NCBI GenBank assembly: GCA_004431415.1
Contig: QPMI01000064.1
Location: 186,001 to 250,000, forward strand
Reading direction: 5' to 3'
Origin: Cyanophora paradoxa CCMP329
Lineage: Eukaryota > Plantae > Glaucophyta
Length of the DNA: 64,000 bases
This document shows, one piece after another, positions 13,401-25,590 of this stretch (position 1 is the first letter of the stretch; the number at the start of each line of letters is the position of its first letter). Made by a program: the position numbers and the translations under genes. The notes beneath the pieces were generated by a model, which saw nothing but the letters and a program-made list of their open reading frames with translations, was not told where the DNA came from and searched no databases.

Positions 13401-13916
13401 GGGCGCGGCGAGCGGGGGCGGCTCAAGCCGCACTCATGTTGTAGAGCCAGACATCGTTGAAGTACATGTAGAAGGTCTCGCCCGACGTCTCGTTCCGCTC
13501 CTCGAGACGCCCGCCGAAGAGGACGGTGCAGTTCTTGTCGACGAGTGTCAGCGTCGCGTGCCGCCGCGGCTGGGGCGAGCGGCCCGGCGTGTACTCGCTC
13601 AGCAGCGTCCACGTATTCCGCGGCGTGAAGGGCAGCGGCGGCGGTCGCGTGGGCGCCGGGCTCGGCGATGCTGCGCTTCAGTCGGTCGGGCGCTGGGGCG
13701 GGGCTTGGCTAAGGCGTATGGGCCGTGCGTGGGCTCACTGGAGTTCGCTGATGCCGGCAGCGACGCTGCGGCGGGCGAGGAGGAGCCGCCAGCTCAGCTC
13801 GGGTCAGCATGAGGTCGCGGGCTCTCCCGGCGCGCACCGGCCAGGCGCGAAGCTGCGAGCACCGAGAGAAGCACCAGGACGAGCTCCGCGCCGGCGGCCC
13901 CTCTGCTCGGCGCCAT
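7738..13916 (-). CDS. Single-pass surface protein: signal peptide, Kelch beta-propeller, tenascin-like EGF repeats, GCMD motif, SEA-like segment, C-terminal TM
   Basis: Signal MAPSRGAAGAELVLVLLSVLAA (ATG 13916). Kelch motifs PRRHATL..VLFGG..YFNDVW, GRFGHGAA..IVYGG..SDMWEF, YGGF..YLNDLW, VGGY..YDDLWAYD, RTRHTG..VLVFGG..GDLWLMDL. EGF CSGYGRCYKGHCVC and GVCEANGTCTCEPGWTGLDCS. GCMDKRASNYEPAA; LRRGSVLLTF; TM YLFIFAFVWLGVLIL (~8010-8055). 3' end approximate. Confidence 0.8.
10143..10376. repeat. Intronic pentanucleotide microsatellite (GGATT/GGACT/GGATC)n in two blocks
   Basis: Tandem TTGGA units visible at 10143-10218 and 10322-10376. Confidence 0.9.
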
Positions 13917-14006
13917 TTTGCTACGTACCCCCCTGCGCGTTCTCCTCAGCCTTCTCGGCGGCTTCTTTTTTTCTCCGCTCCCACGGGGAGCGCAGGCGCA
14001 GGCGAC
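13917..14006. promoter_or_regulatory. Putative bidirectional promoter (90 bp between divergent ATGs)
   Basis: CAT at 13914-13916 and ATG at 14007. Depends on both start codons being correct. Confidence 0.45.
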
Positions 14007-16518
14007 ATGGAGAGCAAGTCCAAACAGCAGCGCTTGGAGAATTCGACGCATCGCGCGGGCCAGAATGCGGATGAAGTGAACGCGCATATGCACGCTGTCC
14101 TTGTCGTCCGCAAGCGCTCGCAGCGTCCACCCGACGCCGGTGCGTGTATCCGCGCGGGCCGGCCGCCGGCACGCGCAGGAAGCGATCGCGAGCTGTCACG
14201 CGCAGGAATGTCACGCGCCGGGGCCGGCCGCGGGGATGAAGATGTCATCGACCTGCCGCCAGCAGCCTTCGAGCTTTGCACAACGCTGCGCGACGCTTGC
14301 GAGTGCGATGACGCAGCCGCAGCTGCAGCTGCAGGTGCGATCGTTATATCCGAATCCCCCGGCCCGCACGACGTCGAGGTCGGCTCGCCTGCAGCGCTAG
14401 CTGATCATGACCGCGCGCCCGACGCGCGCGTCGACGTCGCAGGGATATTGGTAGGCGCCGGCGATGAGATTCGAGTGCCGATCCCGGCCGGAGCGATCAG
14501 CCGAGGCGTTCTGGAGGCCATCGGGGCCCTCTGCGAAGCGCATGCGCAAGGCGGACCAGCGTTCGACACTGCGATGCATATGGTCGCGAAAAAGAAGAAA
14601 ATAGCGAAGAGCGATGTTGACGGCCGCGGGGAGCTGCGCGCGCTGCTGGCTGCGGCCGACTACTTGAACTGTTCCGTCGTTCGGAAGTCGATCTGCGGAA
14701 TATTCTGCTGTCCGATCTGGCGCGAAGTCCGGCGGGGCGTATCCGTAGTCCCTTTCCCGGCCGACCTCGTAACTCGGTTGAATATTAATAGATCCCCTGT
14801 CGACATCGACGTGGCGCCTGTGCGCAAAGACCGCTCCCTAACTTTTATAAAGCTTCGAATCGGCTAATTATAATCGCTTATAACTAAGCTTGTCACCGGA
14901 TCCCGCCCGCGCGCAGCTACTCGAATATCTGAGGCGCCTCTGCAATCTGATCCCAACGGGAGTGAAGAAAGAAGACCTGCACCGCATCCCTGCTACCTGT
15001 AACTCTGCCGCTGCCTACAATGTGAGCGATATCGAATTCAAACAAGTAGCCAGATATATAATTTGCCCCACCCGATGTCTGATCATAACGAGCCGTGGCA
15101 TATATGTTTAATAGTTCTAGAAATAGCAATATTTCATTATGACATGGGCATCAGATTGCGTTCAATCTTACAGATGGAGCTTCACCCGAAATGAGAAACA
15201 ATCGGTGCGCATGCGCCGCCTCTTTTCCTCTGAGCTAGCTAATTATAAAGGGCTCATGATCAAGCCTCAAGCGGAATTTAGGACAGAGCTCAAGCGAAAT
15301 TTAGTGTCAAGGTCATTGCCGCCAGCTGCAGGCTCAGCGGCTGATTCGAGTTTTAATTTGCGAATTCACCGACAGCCAACTTCTCTACAACTTCGTCGGC
15401 GAGCTTTTCGTGTGCACCGAATTATTATAATTAGTGAGTACGGCTGTGGACATTCGTGTGCTCAGAAATGCGCGCAGGAGGCGGCCGCTATCTGGCTCTT
15501 TAGGTTTGGTCGGGAGGTGCCGGTCGCTATGCGCCGACTCGAGCTCCCGAACAGCTGCGATCAGGGCCCGCCCTGTGCTCTGAACTGGCTTAAGACTGCC
15601 TGCAGCTAATGTGCAATGCGCAGAGATTCTTGATCAAGCGGGAGCACCGCTCCCACCTAGGAAAGCGAGTCTCGTGCAGGCGGCCGGCTACGCAGCGGCG
15701 GTTCTCGAGTGGGCGCGCCCTCGTCACGAGGCGTTCAGTAAGCTGTTGGGCCGCACGTTCTCCAATATCGAGCGATCTCGCCTGCAAGGCATGAAGCCTT
15801 TTTCCGAGCTCGGTTCGCGATCACCCGCGGCCGCATATATATGCATGTGCTGGCGCGTCGGATATTAAGAAGCGCTAATTGGGACGCTGGGCGGGCCGCG
15901 GCAGTGGCCCCCGCGCTCCTCCGCGCGTGGCTGCGCGAGGAGCTGCCGCCCCTCGCCGACGCCGCCGCCGCCTCGCTCCTCGGCTGCGCCCGCGGCCTCC
16001 CGGACCCCGAGGGCGTCCGGGCCTTGACCGAGCTCTACGGCCTCGTGGACTACGCGGTTCGTTCCCATTGTCGCCCTCTGCATATATATCTACCCTCGAA
16101 TTTGAATCAAGGTGGACCGTCCATATGCATGCATATATATGCAGGGCGACGTCGACATTCTCAAATTGTGGGAGCCGGCCTCTGTAGAGATCGGAGCCCG
16201 CATCCAGAACAGCCTGCTGGACGCTGTTTCTCGGGCCCTCCGCCCCGGCGCCGACCCCTGCCCCGCCCCTCAGGTGACGAGCCCTGTCACACCCTCTCCA
16301 GTCTGGGACCTACTACGGGTCTTTTAGGACTCTGAATCCAATCTACACTCCCGCAGGCCCTCGCGGAAGCTGCGAAGCAGTACGCGCCCCCGGCATGGGC
16401 ACGGTACCGGTACCGGTGGGATCCGGAGGGCGTCTTATCCTTTGGCTATCCCTTCAAGGTGCCTTTTGCCTTTTTTGTTTTTGTATCCTCTGCATTGATC
16501 ATAATCATTGAATATTAA
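14007..16518 (+). CDS. Skp1/BTB-POZ-like domain protein with an uncharacterised C-terminal region; middle may be degenerate
   Basis: EDVIDLPPAAFELCTTLRDACE..IRVPIPAGAISRGVLEAIGALCEAH..ELRALLAAADYLNCSVVRKSIC resembles Skp1 (ELILAANYLDI). Downstream exons have canonical splice sites, but frame continuity around 15600 is doubtful and the end is approximate. Confidence 0.5.
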
Positions 16519-16874
16519 TCAGCGCTGCGCGCGCACGGGGCCTTGACTAATGCTTGCACGCGCGCGTACGTGCGTTTGTAGAAACTCGCGGAGGAGAGAG
16601 CGGCCGCGGGCATTTAACTGTCTAGTCATGCTCGTATGATCGATTGAGGCGGTATATATACGTATCGATTGCAATAGCAGTGAGCATTAATCATGTTGAA
16701 TACTAAATACTTCAAATACACACAATAGCATCATCATGATCATGAGGCGATTGCATTTGCGCCGTTGCATGCGTAATTTGATGATTGAGCATTTCCCGTG
16801 CATTGAAAAAATAATAATATTGCATGACCGGCACATCTAAATTCAAATCAATCGATCTCTATGGCCAGCGGCTA

Positions 16875-19800
16875 TCAGGGCGCCGCTAGCCGCTCCTCTG
16901 CACCGCCTAGACTGCGGACGAAGGGGAACCCCGGACCCGGGGCCCGTCGGTGGGGCACCTTACCCTCTCCCCGCCCGGGGGGTCGCGAGGGGCGGGGTGA
17001 GGCGAGGGGGGACGAGGGGGGGGAGGGGCGGGGGGAGGAGCCCGAGCCCCGCGAGAGGGGTACGTGCCCGGGGAGGGAGGAGCGGCGCCACGGGAGGCGC
17101 CGGCCGTGCCGGGGGGTACTGACTTCACCCCCAGACGGCAGCGACGTGCGGCGTCCCGGGGGGTACGCGGCGCTTACGCCCGCGGCGTCAACGCTCGGGC
17201 TGATGGGGACGAGCTCCTCATCGGTAGCCCTCTCCAGCGCGCCCCGTACCCCCAGCACGCCCTGGATCTCCAGGCTGGCCCGCCGGAGCTTCCAGCGTAC
17301 CCCCTCCGTCCGGCGCTGCGCCGCCGCCGCCGCTCGCCGCAGGAGCCTGCGGATGAGGGAGTAGAGGCACGACAGGTTGGCGCAGATCGTGCCTGACGGG
17401 TACGGGGGATGCGTCATCGGTGGGCAGGGGTACAGGAGAGCAAAGCGACAGGTCAGGCGCACCGGCCACGCCGAGAAAGATGAAGGCGAGGGGTACGGCC
17501 AGCGAGCGGCGGGACGTGGTGTACCCCTAGAGGGAGAGAAGGGGTCGGACCGCCGCGAAAAGGGATGGCAGGGGGGTGCAGCGCACCGGCCGAGCGATAA
17601 CTAGCAGGCGCCAGGTCGCCTGGCCCATCCGGAGCTCCACGCCGCTGCAGGGGTACTGTCACTCGGAGCAGAGTGGGAAAACGAACTTAGCAAAGAGGGC
17701 GGGGGGTACACGCGAACCGGAACGCGTCGCCCGCGGCGGCAGCCCGCTCGGGCGTATTCGCCAGCAGCCACGCCTCCTCCATGTAGGGCGCTGTACCCCG
17801 CGTGGGCACGGGGTACGACGCGGAGGGGTTGGGAGGGGAGGGGGTACCCGAGAGGCGGCCGGGGGCCTTCCAGTGGCCGATGTACTCCCAGGAGGGGGTA
17901 CCCCCCGCGTCGCCGGCCGTGAGCTGGTTAAACACGGCAACGTCGATGTCCTGCGTCGCGGGTTCGGATCCGGGCGGGAGGGATAGAGGCGAGGGGCCGG
18001 GGTACCTCGATGCCCATCGTCTCGCACACTTTGTGAAGGGCCTTCCCAATTTGCAGCGTACCCGTCACCTGAGGCGCGCCGGAAATCAGTCGGTGGCAAA
18101 CGAGCAAGGCAGGGTACGGCAATGAACACGGACCATTCCGTAGTACCCCGCGGATCCAGCCTCCTTGGAGGTGCTGATGAGGCCCCCGGGGGTCTGAAGG
18201 AGGCAGGTTGAAGGCCGATGAGGTGTTGGAGGTGGGGGGGAGAAAAGTGGGGGGGAGGGGGGAATTCGAACGGACCACGAAGAGGGGTACCTGGAAGACG
18301 ACCTTGATCGCGCCCTCTACTCGCAGCCCGTTCGTGTACGTCGTCTGGTCGGTGTAGATTAGATAAGGGGTAGGAAAAAGCACGAAGAGGAAAAACGGGG
18401 GGGAAGGGGGGGGGGGGAAGGGGGGTACCTGGCCGGTGTCGCGGGAGTGGAGGATAAGGGAGCGGCGGGGCCCGTCCCCCGGCGAGGCCGTGTCCAACAT
18501 GTACCCGAAGCTCGAGAAGGGGTCTGGAGGAGGAGTAGTCAGTGGTTCGCTGATTCGGCGAGAGGGCGGGAGGCCTAGGGGGCGCACAGAGGGCGGTGAT
18601 GGGGTAGTAGTCGTTGTAGCGGGGCGCCAGCGCCGGCGGCTGCCCGTTCGGCTGCCGCTGCACGATCCGCTTGCCTGCGCGGCCGGCCGGGCGGGGTCGG
18701 GGAGCGGCGAAGGGTGCTGGGGGGCTACAAATAGACAGCTCAGGTGAGCGCACCGGCCCAGGCCTCGACGGCGGCTCGCCCGGAGTCCTCGACCCGCGTG
18801 AGGAGGCTCACCTGAGGAGGGGGTCGGCGGGGGGCTAGGGCGCAGCAGGCGGCGCCGGGCCGCAGCTAAATCATTAATATTAATATAACAAAATTCGCGG
18901 CGCACCCCGGCAATCCGAGTCGGGTCCCAGAGGGTCCCGTTCCCGCTGCGATCGCGAGGGGCCGGGGTCACCCGGTCAGACAGACAGAGAGACAAGTAAA
19001 AGGTTGAGTGGGGAGTGAGGGGGGAGTGAGGGGGAGGGGGGTTACCAGAAGGCGAGGAAGGCGGCGCGGGCGCGGTCGAGGTCGGCGGCGGGGACGCCGG
19101 CGGCCCCCACGTGGTTCGCCATCATCCGCGTCCACCTGCGCCCCGCCACCACAATTAGATCTTGAGCGACTATGATGGCCCCCACGTGGTTCGTCACATC
19201 GATCCGAGCTACGAGCGACTTGAGCGACTTGCTCCCCTCCCCGCCCTCCTACTGCAGCCTGGCCAGGCATGCGCGCACACACGACTCGGTGTGGCGGAGA
19301 GATATAGCCTAAGGTGGCTTAGGTGTGGCTTAGTTAAGACTAGAGAGAGTCAAGACTAGAGTTAAGAGTTGAGAGTTGAGACTCTGCCCTGTATGTATCT
19401 CTCCGCGCACGACTCGGTGTGGCGGAGGGTGCGCTTGAGGTTGTCCGCGACGAAGCTCGACGTCGACTCGAAGCGCTCTGCGGCGCCGCCGGGTCGGATC
19501 GGATCAGATAAGGTCGGATCAAATCAGATCAGACGAGATGTGAGGGCGGACCACGGACGAGGCGACCCTCGTCGAAGACCGCGAGCCGGAACTGGGGGGG
19601 GGGTAGATAGACAGGAGAAGGACGTCAGGCGGGGTACAGAATTGAACGGGAAGAGCGGCTCGGACCTTCGCGAAGGCGAAGGCGCAGGCGACGAGGGCGA
19701 GGAGGGCGACGTGGAGCGCCGGCGAGCGAACGAAGGCCCCCAGGCGGCCTCTGCCCCCCCCTCCGAGCTCGAGGCTAAGGGCGGCCGGGGCCCACGCCGG

Positions 19801-20541
19801 CCCCCGGACGCTCTTGCCTCCGCCTGAGCGGTCGGTGGGGCCCGGGCCCGGGTTCGGGCCCGGGTCCGGTGGCGCATCGAGGTTCAGAGGGATTATCTCC
19901 AGGCTGGGCGGGGCGGGGCCCTTCTGGGGCGGCGATCGCGCGGCGCCCTCCGCGCTGGGCTTGCGCTTGGTGGGTGGCCCCTCCACCCGATCGGCCTCCG
20001 ACGGCGGGCGCAGGCCAGCACCTCTGCAGCAGGCGCACCGCCCCTCGCCCTCGTCCTCGTCCTCGCCCGAGGGCCGCCGGCGACTCGGCGCCGCCGGCGC
20101 GTCGACGTTCAGGGGCGAGCCGAGTGCCCGCAGGGGCACGCGGCGCGGCGGGCAACTCGGGCTTCGCGGCGCCGGCCCCGATCCGGCGCCCACGGCGGCC
20201 GCGGGTTCGGTCTCGGGCTCAGAGGGCGGCGTCCGTGGCCGCGGGCGGATGGGCTGGGCCGGAAACCCGCCGTATACGTAGAGTCCCGCGGCGCGGCCGC
20301 GGCGGGAGGCGGACTGCGGGCTCGGCGAGGACGGCGGCGCGTCCAGCGCCTTCGGCGACGGGTTGTGGCTGCCGCTACTTCCGCTTCGGGAGAGACAGGA
20401 GCTGCTGCCGGGCTCGGGAGGCGCGAGCAGGGCCGGCGAGGACCGCGCGCCGAGCCCGCTCAGTTCTATCTGCAGCTGCGCGTGCTGGGCCGACCGCGCC
20501 CGCAGCCGGGCGCCCCACGACGCGTCGGCATCTTGGGCCAT
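16875..20541 (-). CDS. Two-TM CHASE-domain membrane sensor without a kinase or cyclase domain
   Basis: Pro/Ser-rich N-terminus, TM1 ALHVALLALVACAFAFAK, then RFESTSSFVADNLKR..VSLLTRVEDSGRAAVEAW..IVQRQPNGQPPALAPRYNDYYPITAL..FGYMLDTASPGDGPRRSLILHSRDTG..VTGTLQIGKAL (CHASE core YYP..G.D...RR....RDTG). TM2 LAVPLAFIFLGVA-GTICANLSCLYSL, then a low-complexity tail to the stop at 16875. Confidence 0.7.
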
Positions 20542-20976
20542 GCTTGCACCGTCGCTGTCGTGTCTCTTAACGTTGTTGACTTCCTGCTGGCAACAGAGAG
20601 CGGCGGATCGGGGCCGGAGGGCGCCGGCTGCGAGCCTCCGACTCGCGCCGGCCGCGTCTGCAGCTGGCGCCGGCTGAATGGGACCGGACACACCGGAGCC
20701 GCAGCCTCGCGCCTCGCGGTCTATGCTGTCCGATGACTCCGATCCTTCATCTAATATGTTCCAGCCGACGTGGAGCGGCCCGAATAACGCCCGCCCGCAA
20801 GCCGGAGGGGCGCGTGCCGGCGCCCTCACACGTCGTCTCTGCTTGCTCTGCTGGTTATGCTGGTTCTGAAACCGACGTTGTAGTATGCGCCGAATCGCCG
20901 CCGATCGAGAAGCAGCGAGTCGGCCACAGGCGTGGGGGTACAGGTACCTGGTCGAAGAGAGTTGAGCGACAGCGGC

Positions 20977-23900
20977 ATGATCGCAGCGCTGCGAGCGGCC
21001 CGTGGCTGCCGCGCAGCGCTCTGGCGAGCTCCCGCCCTCGCGCCGGGGTCGCTGGGATCCACGGCCTTCATCCGCGTCGGCCCGCGCGCCCCGGCGGCGC
21101 TGCCCGGGCGCTGGCGGACGATCCACGTCGCCTCTCTTCGTCCCGTGCCCCGCCATGAGGCACTCAGCGCGGCGGGGAACAGCCAGCCGTCGCCAGCGCC
21201 CAGCGACGAGCGAGGAGTGCGCAGCGGCTCGCTCAAGAGCGCCGGCAAGCAGCCAGCCAGCAAGAGCAACAGCCGTGGAGCAACGCAGAGCGGGCGACCG
21301 CGCGGCGAGACGGGGCCCTCAGAGGAGCAGCGAGCGCCGCCCGCGGCGCTCCTGGCGCTCGAGAACGCCGCGCGGGAGGGCAAGGCGACGGACGCGCAGC
21401 TGGCGGAGGCGATCGAATCGCTGCTTGACGCGCGGCGCGTCCACGAGGCGCGGGCGCTGTTCGAGCGCGCGCGGGCGGGCGGCGGCGGCCTCCCGCGGCC
21501 CTCCGCGGAGTCCTGGGGCACGCTCGGTGCGCAGATTCGCCTCCAAGCTCGCCCTAGAGCCGCTCAGATGCGGGTGCGCGCGCGCAGTGGAGGCGCTGAG
21601 CAGCCACCCGGCGACGGCGCGCCGGTCCCTCGGGTACGCGTCCGAGGCGCTCCGCGCGTTCGAGAAGGCCCCGGCCCCGGCCGTGTACGCCGCAGCGATC
21701 CAGGCGTTCGTCCGCGCCGGCGGGTTTGCGTACCCCCTCTTTCTCGCCCCCGCCCCGAGCCGAGCCCCCGCGCGCAGAGAGTCGGATAAGCGGAGGGCGC
21801 ACAACCTTTTTAGAAAAGCGCTGGCGAAGGGCGCCGCCAACGAACGGGCCGCGCGCGCCCTCGTGCGCAGTACCCCCGCGCGGCCTCGCCGGTACCCTCC
21901 TCATTTCCTTCGTACTCTCCCGGCAGCTCGTACCCCTCCTGAACGTGCGGGCCGATGCGGAGGCGGCGGAGCTGTTGGAGACATGCGCCGCGCGGGGACT
22001 CGTACCTGGGTCCATCATTTACGAGGCGGCCCTCAGCGCCTACGCCGAGCGGTTCCCCCCCGCCTGGGACGAGGGACGGGTACTGTGGGAGCGCGCCGCC
22101 GCCCTCCCGCCTGCCGCGAGGCTACCCCGCCTCTGGAGTACGCACCCCCTACCCCTAACCCCCTACCCCGTGCCCAACGATGGTTCTTGGACCCTCGGCT
22201 CATTCCTCCTCCTCCCCCCCCCCCCCCCCCCCCCCCCGCGGCGCAGACGGGTACCTGAAGCTCTGCCTGAACGCCCTACCCCGGGCGCTTGCCGCCCACG
22301 GACCCGAGCTCGACGCCGCCGGCCTGCCCCGGGACGAGCACGGCATCGTCTCCTTGATCAGGGTACCCCCTCCTTCTTTCGCGTACCCCCTGCCCCTCCG
22401 ACCCCGTCTCCCAAGGCGAAGATGAAGGCGGAGGGACTCTCCTTCGATAGGGGTACGTACTCCACACTGGTGCGTACCCCGTCCCGAAAAAGGCGGTAGC
22501 CCCCTTCCTGTCCGACGCGGGTACCGGGCGCAGTGCCGCTACTTCGAGGAGAAGGGGGATACAGCCGCCGGCGAGCGGTGGCTCGAGGAGGCGCGCTCGC
22601 GTACCCCCCGGCCCCGCCCCGCGTCCCCTAGTCCCTTATTCTGTACCCCCCAACCCGCAGGCCCGCGGGGCGGGGATGGCGGAGGGAGGGCTTGCCGCGG
22701 TCTTCGTACCCGCCTTCGAAGCCGCCGCGAAGGCCGCCGACGCTCCCCGCGTCCGGAGGGTGCGCCCCCGTACCCCTCTCCGTTCGCCCACACACACACA
22801 CGCCGCCCCGGCAGCTTCTCGCGGCGATGGCGAACGAAGGCGTCGAGCCTACCCCCCGCCAGCGGTCCGTCCTCTCTCTCTATAGCTACCCGCCCCATCT
22901 TCCTCGATGTCATCCGATCTGCTCCGCTCATCTGATCTAATCTGGCAGGGCGCTTGCCGTGCGGGCGCTGGGGCTTGCTGGGCGCGGGGCGGAGGCGGCG
23001 GGGCACGCGGCGGCGCTGCGCGGGGCGGACTACCTCACGCCCCGCGAGCTCTCCATCCTCTTCGGTGGGCCCCCGCCCGCCCGCCCCGCCCCGCCCCGCC
23101 CGTGGCTGCAGCCGTGGCTTGCAAATTGCCGGGGGCCCTCCTCCTGATTATAAGCATCCTCTTAGCCGTTCTTAGCTTCTTTTTAGCTTCTTCGATTCGG
23201 CGGGCCTCCTCTTTGGAGCAGGAGGGGCTGGCCGGGGGCCGTTCTTAGACTGGAATACTCGAACCGCTAAAGCGACGGGCTTCTAGGCCGGGCTTTCCCT
23301 GCAAATCCGTCCCTTCCGCCGACGCCGGCGGCCCGCGCGGCCCGCGCCCCGCGCCCCGCGTCGCGCCGCCCGTGACCCTTCCCTCCCTCCCTCCTTCCCC
23401 CCTACAGACTACTACGGCCTCGAGGGCGGCGACGAGGGCCGCGAGCAGGTACCCCCCCACCCCCTTCCCCCCCCCCCCCACCCCCCCCACCCCTCCCTGC
23501 GCCGCAACCGTACCGCGACCCCGGCCCCCGCCGGAACCCCCCTTCACGCCTCCGACCAGAGCTTACTACTATAAACCATCCCGCCAGCCCTCCGTTTGTA
23601 GCTTGCAAACTGACGGGCTGGGGGGCGGGCAGGTCTCGTCGCTGGTACGGGAGCTGCTGGCGGGCGGCCGCGGCGGGCACGCCTGCCTCAACGCAAACGT
23701 CCTCTGCTCCGCCATTGAGGCAAGCTTTGAAGCCCCGGCGCCCCGGCCGTCCCGCCCCGACCGCCCAGAACGGCGGGGCTTGCTTAGAACTCAAGATCCG
23801 AGAGTACTAGGAGACCGAGGGCTGCGCCGCCCGCTTAGACAGCTCCCCTGCCCTCCCTCCCGCCTGACGCTCGCGCCGGCGGCAGTCGCTGGGGCGGTGC

Positions 23901-24697
23901 GGGGCGCCGGAGGCGGCGGTGCCCCTCGTCGACGAGGCGATGCCGGCCCTCGGCTTCGCCCCCAACTCCAAGGCCCGCCTCCCCCCGCCCCCCCGCCCGC
24001 CTGCCTCGTCCCGGAGTCTGGGATGACGCTGGTAACGGCGGTCTAGGTCGCTGACCTTCCGCAGGTGCTGACGAGCCTGTTCCAGGGCTTCGCGGCCGCG
24101 GGGCGCCTCGCCGAGGGCGTCAGGTGCGCCCGAGACGCCGAACGAGGCGGCAGATCGAGCTTCTATAGAGCCTTGAGCACGGTTCACTAGAGCTCGCCTA
24201 CCGCACGGTTGCCTCCGCACCCCCCTCCCCCCCCCCCCCCCCCCTTTCGCCCCCTCCCCCCGCACCCCCCGCACCCTTCCTTTCCCGATCTCCACCAGCG
24301 CTGAGCGGCGGGGTCTGACGCGCGCGGCCGGCAGGCAAGTCCGGCGGCTGCTCGAGGTACCCCCCGGGGGGAAGGCCCCCAAGCCCGACAAGCACCTCTG
24401 GGTGCGCTATATTTAGCTCGCACCCCCCGGTTCCCGCGCCGCTCCCTGAGCCCTCCCTCCGGGCAGGGCGCGCTGGCGGGGCGCGTGGCGGGCTGGCGGG
24501 CGCGGACGGTCCACGACCTGCGGGAGCGCTGGAGGCGGCTCGGGCCCTGGCGCCGCTCCTTCCCCCAGGGGCGCCCCGGGGGCGACGCCCCGGGGGCCGA
24601 GGCCGTGCGGGGCATCGCGGCGGCGGCGTCGCCGCTCGGGCCGGGCTCGCGGGGGGGCTCGAGGGGGGGCGTGCCGGGCGACCTGGGCGTCGTGTAA
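20977..24697 (+). CDS. Pentatricopeptide-repeat (PPR) protein, probably mitochondrion-targeted
   Basis: Arg/Ala-rich, acid-free presequence MIAALRAARGCRAALWRAP. PPR-like helices: LAEAIESLLDARRVHEARALFERARAGG..PSAESWGTL, APAVYAAAIQAFVRAG, ELLETCAARGLVPGSIIYEAALSAY, KMKAEGLSFDRGTYSTL, LLAAMANEGVEPT. Confidence 0.75.
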
Positions 24698-25590
24698 GGG
24701 GTCCTGGCCCCGCGAGAGTCTCTCCCTCCCTCTCCCCCTCCCTTCTTCCCCCCCCACTTTCTTCTCCCCCCTAGTAAATTGTGCCCTGCCTCTGTCTCTT
24801 CAAGATTTTTTTTCGTATGCTTGGCGCTTCCCTGGCATGAAGGCATCTTTTCTTTTCGCAGACGCGCGAGGATCGCGAAAGAGCTTCATGCGTATGACTC
24901 GGTGATTGTTTAAAGTCGTTGGTTATACAGAGTCTTGCAGACGTGCGCGGAAAGGGAACGTGTACGGAAGAGTCATGCCCACGTACAGTCTAGATCTCTA
25001 TATATAGCTAATTATAATTTCAGATATAGATCTAGAATCAAAAGGGATCCGGAACTATCCCAATCCGATCATTGAATTGGAAGTTTAAATGCATCCTAGT
25101 CGCTCTCACATCGCTCGCACTCGTAGTGATAGCGTAGATAGCGTGAATATTGACAATTGCCACAGTGCATTCATGATTGCAATTGCGATTGTGCCGTACG
25201 CGCGGTGCATGCATCAATGCGGCGTCCGCTTCATCTAAAACAATTGCAACCCCCCGACAAGAGACGAATTCGAAATCCTTATTTAGTTCCCCCCCGCATG
25301 CGCATCACCCACGTGCACACCCCGTGCGCGTGCAGACATCAATGCAGGGCCCCCGCGCTGTTCGCCAGCCATGCAAGCCATGCGCGCGTACGCAATATAC
25401 GAGTTCCGATCAGCGACCGCAAATCATTATATAAATACTTCGCCGCGCATCGCTTTCAAAGAAAACATGATCTGTAACAATCAAATACGTAGAATAACAT
25501 TGAATACTGGCGACTATAAATGCGGCGCCGTCGCCTTGCAGCTTGGCAACTAAGCCAAACTATAGCTACTAGAGAGAAGCGGCCCGGGCC

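Noticed and set aside
20542-21156. Upstream extension of the CHASE ORF overlapping the PPR gene
   Set aside because: It begins antisense within the PPR first exon and is probably open by chance in GC-rich DNA; the ATG at 20541 is more plausible.
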